From Deltaproteobacteria bacterium (GTDB lineage Bacteria > Desulfobacterota > Desulfobacteria > Desulfobacterales > JAFDCJ01): a stretch of DNA of 34,917 nt. Where the stretch lies: the NCBI GenBank assembly GCA_019310665.1, contig JAFDDW010000015.1:1-34917 (forward strand), given 5' to 3'. Of this stretch, positions 31,041 to 34,917 are shown one piece after another; position 1 is the stretch's first letter, and each line of letters starts with the position of its first letter. The notes under the pieces were generated by a model. That model did no database searches. It was not told the DNA's origin and worked only from the letters and a program-made list of their open reading frames with translations. The translations under genes were made by a program, and so were the position numbers.

Positions 31041-31451
31041 TTATTTAACCGAAATCACCGGGCAGGAAGCCTGGAGGATGACAACTTGCGCCGTGGAACC
31101 CATCAAAAGTTTGCCGACTTTTGATCTCCGTTTAACCCCGACGATAATTTTAACCCCGACGATAATTTCATCTATTTTGTTTTCTTTTGCAAATTCAACG
31201 ATATCCTCGCCCGGGGATAAACCGCGAATCAATAGGTGAGTGTCACACGAAATTTCGTTTTCATCAAACAAGGATTTTGCCCATTCAAGCCCACTTTCAG
31301 CCTGGGCTATTTCTTCTCGCTGACCTTCAGTTCCCTTTTCCATGGATGTGGCCACCGCCACAGACGCGCCAAACGCCTTTGCATGGGTTTTTGCCAGGTT
31401 TAACGCCTCTTTTGCCGAATTGCTTCCGTCATATCCCACCAAAATTTTCAT
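31041..31451 (-). CDS. universal stress protein (UspA family) with a 6-aa duplication
   Basis: KILVGYDGS, IIVGVK twice, LLMGSTAQVVILQASCPVISVK. SD GGGGAG. Confidence 0.92.
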   Translation of the reverse strand: MKILVGYDGSNSAKEALNLAKTHAKAFGASVAVATSMEKGTEGQREEIAQAESGLEWAKSLFDENEISCDTHLLIRGLSPGEDIVEFAKENKIDEIIVGVKIIVGVKRRSKVGKLLMGSTAQVVILQASCPVISVK

Positions 31452-31933
31452 GTCGATCTCCCCATTGAGGTTCAGGTTCTAACTTTGGAGACACTTTGGT
31501 AAATACCTGGATCCATAGCATACTCATTTTAAAAATGCCACAGAATATGTCCATCACCTGTATCATTTGAGAAGGTCTGAAGGTGAATACTCAATTTATT
31601 GTGCTGATATTACACCAGATACACCACCCAATGTGTTTTCACGTGAAACCCGATCTAATTTTATGCGGTTTCATTTTTTGCACTCACATGCTATTAAGAT
31701 GGCGTCGAAATTATATTGAAGCGGAGAGGCTTTAAGGCCCGAATGCTCCAAGGCTGACATGCTTTCCAGCCTCCAGGTTTCCTGGCCTCCCAGCCATTTT
31801 GCTTGGCTTTCAAGCAGTCATCTATAAAGAGTATAATTTATTTAATCTTGGAAGACCCCGCCCTCTGGGGTCAGAGTCATTTGGCTATGCCTGGACAGAT
31901 TACCTAAAGGAGTATTGGCGTGTTGGAGTATTT

Positions 31934-32365
31934 ATGATTCAAATTACGGATACCATCAGCCTGCATGACAGCGACTTCCAACTGGATTTTATAAGGGCAT
32001 CCGGTCCGGGTGGCCAAAACGTCAACAAGGTGTCTTCGGCCGTTCAGCTTCGCTTTGACGCCGCTAAATCTTCCGCCTTAACCGATGACATTCGCAAAAG
32101 ATTAAAACAAATCTCCGGCCGCCGTATGACGTCAGAAGGTGTATTGATCATCGAGGCACGACGTTACCGAACCCAGGAACGCAATCGCGAAGACGCTATC
32201 AACCGGATGATTGCACTAATCCGCCAGGCCGCTGAAAAACCCAGGCAACGGCGACGGACCAAACCTTCCCCGGCAGCCAAACAAAAACGACTGACAGCCA
32301 AACGATATCGTGGCGAAATCAAACGCCGGCGACGCAGCGTTCGGATCTCGGCGGAAGATGCTTGA
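31934..32365 (+). CDS. arfB: alternative ribosome rescue peptidyl-tRNA hydrolase ArfB
   Basis: RASGPGGQNVNKVSSAVQLRF, RTQERNREDA, basic C-terminal tail. ATG 31934 has SD GGAG. Confidence 0.92.
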   Translation: MIQITDTISLHDSDFQLDFIRASGPGGQNVNKVSSAVQLRFDAAKSSALTDDIRKRLKQISGRRMTSEGVLIIEARRYRTQERNREDAINRMIALIRQAAEKPRQRRRTKPSPAAKQKRLTAKRYRGEIKRRRRSVRISAEDA

Positions 32366-32508
32366 CATTTCTTCAGACAAACCGTTATACAGACCTCGTC
32401 ATTCAGCTTGGATAAATAGCTGTGACTCATTAGCTGTCATGGGGTTGCATGAAAATTGGACCCGGGTCTGATTGAGGAATTACAGGGTTTTGAAAGCAGA
32501 AGACGTTA

Positions 32509-32997
32509 ATGTCAAAAAAAATTCAACCCAAGGACAGCTATCTTATCGGTGTTATTTCAGATACCCACGGCCGATTACCCCCATCGGTCCTGAAAGTCTT
32601 TGAGAGAACCGATCTGATCATCCACGCCGGAGATATCGGCGATCCGGAGATACTCAACTCGTTAGGGAAAATTGCCCCAACCATAGCCGTACGAGGAAAT
32701 ATGGACAGGGGCAAATGGGCCCGCCGGCTGCCGCAAAATGAAACCGTCAAAATATGCCGCCGGCAGCTGCATGTGCTCCATGATGTCTATAATCTCGATA
32801 TCAACTTGGATTCCAACAATTACCACGTCGTAATCTACGGCCACACCCACCAGCCACAGGTGGAAAAACAACAGCGGGTGCTGTATGTAAATCCCGGCAG
32901 CGCCGTCCATCCGAGATTCGGCTATCCCCCATCCGTTGTTTTACTGCAAATAGAAGGGGATTCCATCAAGGTCCGGCTAATTGATCTAACGCGTTAG
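32509..32997 (+). CDS. YfcE/MJ0936-family metallophosphoesterase
   Basis: ISDTHG, IHAGDI, VRGNMD, YGHTH, VNPGS. Confidence 0.9.
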   Translation: MSKKIQPKDSYLIGVISDTHGRLPPSVLKVFERTDLIIHAGDIGDPEILNSLGKIAPTIAVRGNMDRGKWARRLPQNETVKICRRQLHVLHDVYNLDINLDSNNYHVVIYGHTHQPQVEKQQRVLYVNPGSAVHPRFGYPPSVVLLQIEGDSIKVRLIDLTR

Positions 32998-33077
32998 GGG
33001 CTTTGCCCTATAGGCGCTAGTTTTGTGCGGGAAGAACTGAAATGAAACAGAAATAGTAAACAAATGAAATTAAATTG

Positions 33078-33137
33078 CGGAGCACAGCGACATCATTATT
33101 CGATGTTCGACGTTGAACGTTCGATGTTCGATGTTCA
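33078..33137 (+). repeat. right half of a core-plus-arms element with TTCGATG heptamers
   Basis: GAGCACAGCGA CATCAT TA, then ttcgatg ttcgacg ttgaacg ttcgatg ttcgatg (33099-33133). Confidence 0.7.
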
Positions 33138-33153
33138 GGTCTGTTCGATCCGC

Positions 33154-33202
33154 CGGAGCAACGCAGTATTTGGGCGTTAGATGGGGTTTTAAAACAACTT
33201 CT
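33154..33202 (-). repeat. dispersed repeat, MITE-end-like (copy 2)
   Basis: Reverse complement of 8959-9006 with few differences. Confidence 0.7.
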
Positions 33203-33227
33203 AAAGTATTTCGACTGGAGGATAACC

Positions 33228-34631
33228 ATGGGAGGCTTGTTCGGCAGTGTCAGCAATCAGGATTGTTCCAATGATCTTTTCTACGGAACCGATTATCATT
33301 CCCATTTAGGAACAAAACGAGGCGGTCTGGCCGTAAAAAACGGCAAAGACTTTTCAAGATCAATCCACAATATTGAAAATGATTATTTTCGATCCAAATT
33401 TGAATCCGATATGCCCAAATTGCCGGGAAATAAGGGCATCGGCGTTATCAGCGACCATGATCCCCAGCCGTTAATCATCGGCTCCCACTTAGGCACCTTC
33501 GCCATCGTTACGGTCTGTAAAATAAATAACATCGATGAGCTTGCCGCCAAAGCATTTCAAAGCAAATTGCATTTTTCTGAAATGACTGGCGGTGAAACAA
33601 GTCCGACTGAGCTGGTTGCCATGTTAATCTCAGCGAAGACAACTTTCGAAGACGGCATTCAACACGCCCAGCAGTCTATTAAAGGGTCATGCTCCCTTCT
33701 GCTGCTGACGGAAGACGGCATCTATGCCGCCAGGGATAAACTGGGACGCACTCCCATTGTAATCGGCAAAAAAGATGGCGCTTACGCCGCATCATCCGAA
33801 TCCTGTGCCTTTACCAACCTGGGTTATGAGATTGACCGCTATATGGGCCCCGGTGAGATTGTTCTTATGACCCCCGACGGATACGAGCAGAGAAAAAAAC
33901 CCAATGACAAAATGCAGATCTGTTCATTTATGTGGGTGTATTACGGATATCCGGCCTCAAATTATGAGGACATCAATGTAGAGGCTGTCAGAAACAGCTG
34001 CGGACGGGCCCTGGCAAAAAATGACGCGGTTGAAATTGATTTTGTGGCCGGCATACCGGATTCGGGAATCGGCCATGCCATCGGATATGCCAACGAAAGA
34101 GGTATTCCGTACATGCGGCCTTTTGTCAAATACACCCCGACCTGGCCCCGCAGTTTTATGCCCCAAAATCAGAACATCCGGGACCTGGTCGCCAAAATGA
34201 AATTAATCCCGATAAAAAGCCTCATTGAAGGCCAAAGGATTCTTTTCTGCGAAGACTCCATCGTCAGGGGTACCCAGCTCAAAGACAATGTCCAGATATT
34301 ATACGATTACGGGGCCAAAGAGGTGCATATGCGACCGGCCTGCCCTACCCTGACATACCCCTGTGAATTTCTCAATTTCTCCACCTCCCGGGCCACCACC
34401 GATCTGGCCGGCCGCAGCGCCATCGAACAGCTCGAGGGAACAGACGATCGATTTTTGGAAGACTATGCCACCGACGGTACCGAAAAAAATTGCGCCATGA
34501 TTGATCAAATACGGCAACGTCTCCGACTGACGTCCTTGAAATACCAGAGGTTGGAAGATCTCGTCAAAGCCATCGGATTGCCTAAAGAGAAATTATGCAC
34601 CCACTGCTGGGACGGCAGCAGTTATTTCTAA
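33228..34631 (+). CDS. purF: amidophosphoribosyltransferase (variant lacking the N-terminal nucleophile Cys)
   Basis: Ntn domain (ARDKLGRTP, ASSESCAF), GIPDSG, PRPP-binding EDSIVRGTQ, Fe-S type Cys at QICSF, RPACP and CTHC. Starts MGGLFG. SD GGAGG. Confidence 0.88.
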   Translation: MGGLFGSVSNQDCSNDLFYGTDYHSHLGTKRGGLAVKNGKDFSRSIHNIENDYFRSKFESDMPKLPGNKGIGVISDHDPQPLIIGSHLGTFAIVTVCKINNIDELAAKAFQSKLHFSEMTGGETSPTELVAMLISAKTTFEDGIQHAQQSIKGSCSLLLLTEDGIYAARDKLGRTPIVIGKKDGAYAASSESCAFTNLGYEIDRYMGPGEIVLMTPDGYEQRKKPNDKMQICSFMWVYYGYPASNYEDINVEAVRNSCGRALAKNDAVEIDFVAGIPDSGIGHAIGYANERGIPYMRPFVKYTPTWPRSFMPQNQNIRDLVAKMKLIPIKSLIEGQRILFCEDSIVRGTQLKDNVQILYDYGAKEVHMRPACPTLTYPCEFLNFSTSRATTDLAGRSAIEQLEGTDDRFLEDYATDGTEKNCAMIDQIRQRLRLTSLKYQRLEDLVKAIGLPKEKLCTHCWDGSSYF

Positions 34632-34917
34632 TTGCTCAATCATTTATTCCAGCCGGACCGTTTATCTCAATTCGGTTGCCATAATTTTTTTCTCTGTTTT
34701 AATGATTCAATCTTCTACTTACTGTTATCATCCAAAATTAGAAAGAATAAACTGGAAACCTTCCGGGCCGATCAGGCTGCGCGGGAAGCACTATTGCAAA
34801 AAAGCCGGCAAGAGACGGCGCTGCTCCAGACGCAACTAAAGGAGCTTAACACCCAAAATACTTCATCCGAAAGCCGGCTCGAAAATTTACAGACAGCGCA
34901 CAATGCCCTGGCCGCTG
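34632..34917 (+). CDS. 3'-truncated coiled-coil protein (start uncertain)
   Basis: Frame open from TTG 34632 to the window end: hydrophobic patch SIFYLLLSS, then heptad-like EALLQKSRQETALLQTQLKELNTQ. RmuC-like layout is only a guess. Confidence 0.4.
   Translation, partial: MLNHLFQPDRLSQFGCHNFFLCFNDSIFYLLLSSKIRKNKLETFRADQAAREALLQKSRQETALLQTQLKELNTQNTSSESRLENLQTAHNALAA

Noticed and set aside
31799-31933. N-terminal extension of arfB
   Set aside because: Family similarity begins at MIQIT (31934), which has an SD.
1-34917. tRNA, rRNA, integrase, transposase or reverse transcriptase genes
   Set aside because: None recognisable by eye; a covariance-model or HMM scan was not possible.

Overview
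A window from a probable sulfate-reducing deltaproteobacterium (Desulfobacterales-like; inferred from gene content). Bases 1-25093 hold a polyunsaturated fatty acid synthase (pfaD, pfaA, fused pfaBC) joined to a complete oleABCD olefin pathway. A divergent HTH gene and a five-gene insert (Zn-ribbon, an unannotated RHH, J-domain, geranylgeranyl-reductase-type flavoprotein, histone-like protein) interrupt the cluster. Downstream lie PocR, ACT and UPF0210/DUF711 genes, an amino acid ABC permease-SBP-permease set without ATPase, a USP, arfB, a metallophosphoesterase and a purF lacking the N-terminal catalytic Cys. pfaA and pfaBC carry frameshifts and oleA an apparent in-frame deletion; these look mostly like assembly or scaffold artefacts. 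The most unusual signal is non-coding. Many gene junctions and several PKS linkers carry 7-10 nt tandem-repeat arms, often as inverted pairs. Several share a conserved core (AATGTATTCTATCTATTTTATRAAAA ... GAGCGAAGCGA-N-CAT) although their arm units differ, and one pair encloses a stub resembling a four-helix-bundle (TIGR02436-like) gene.
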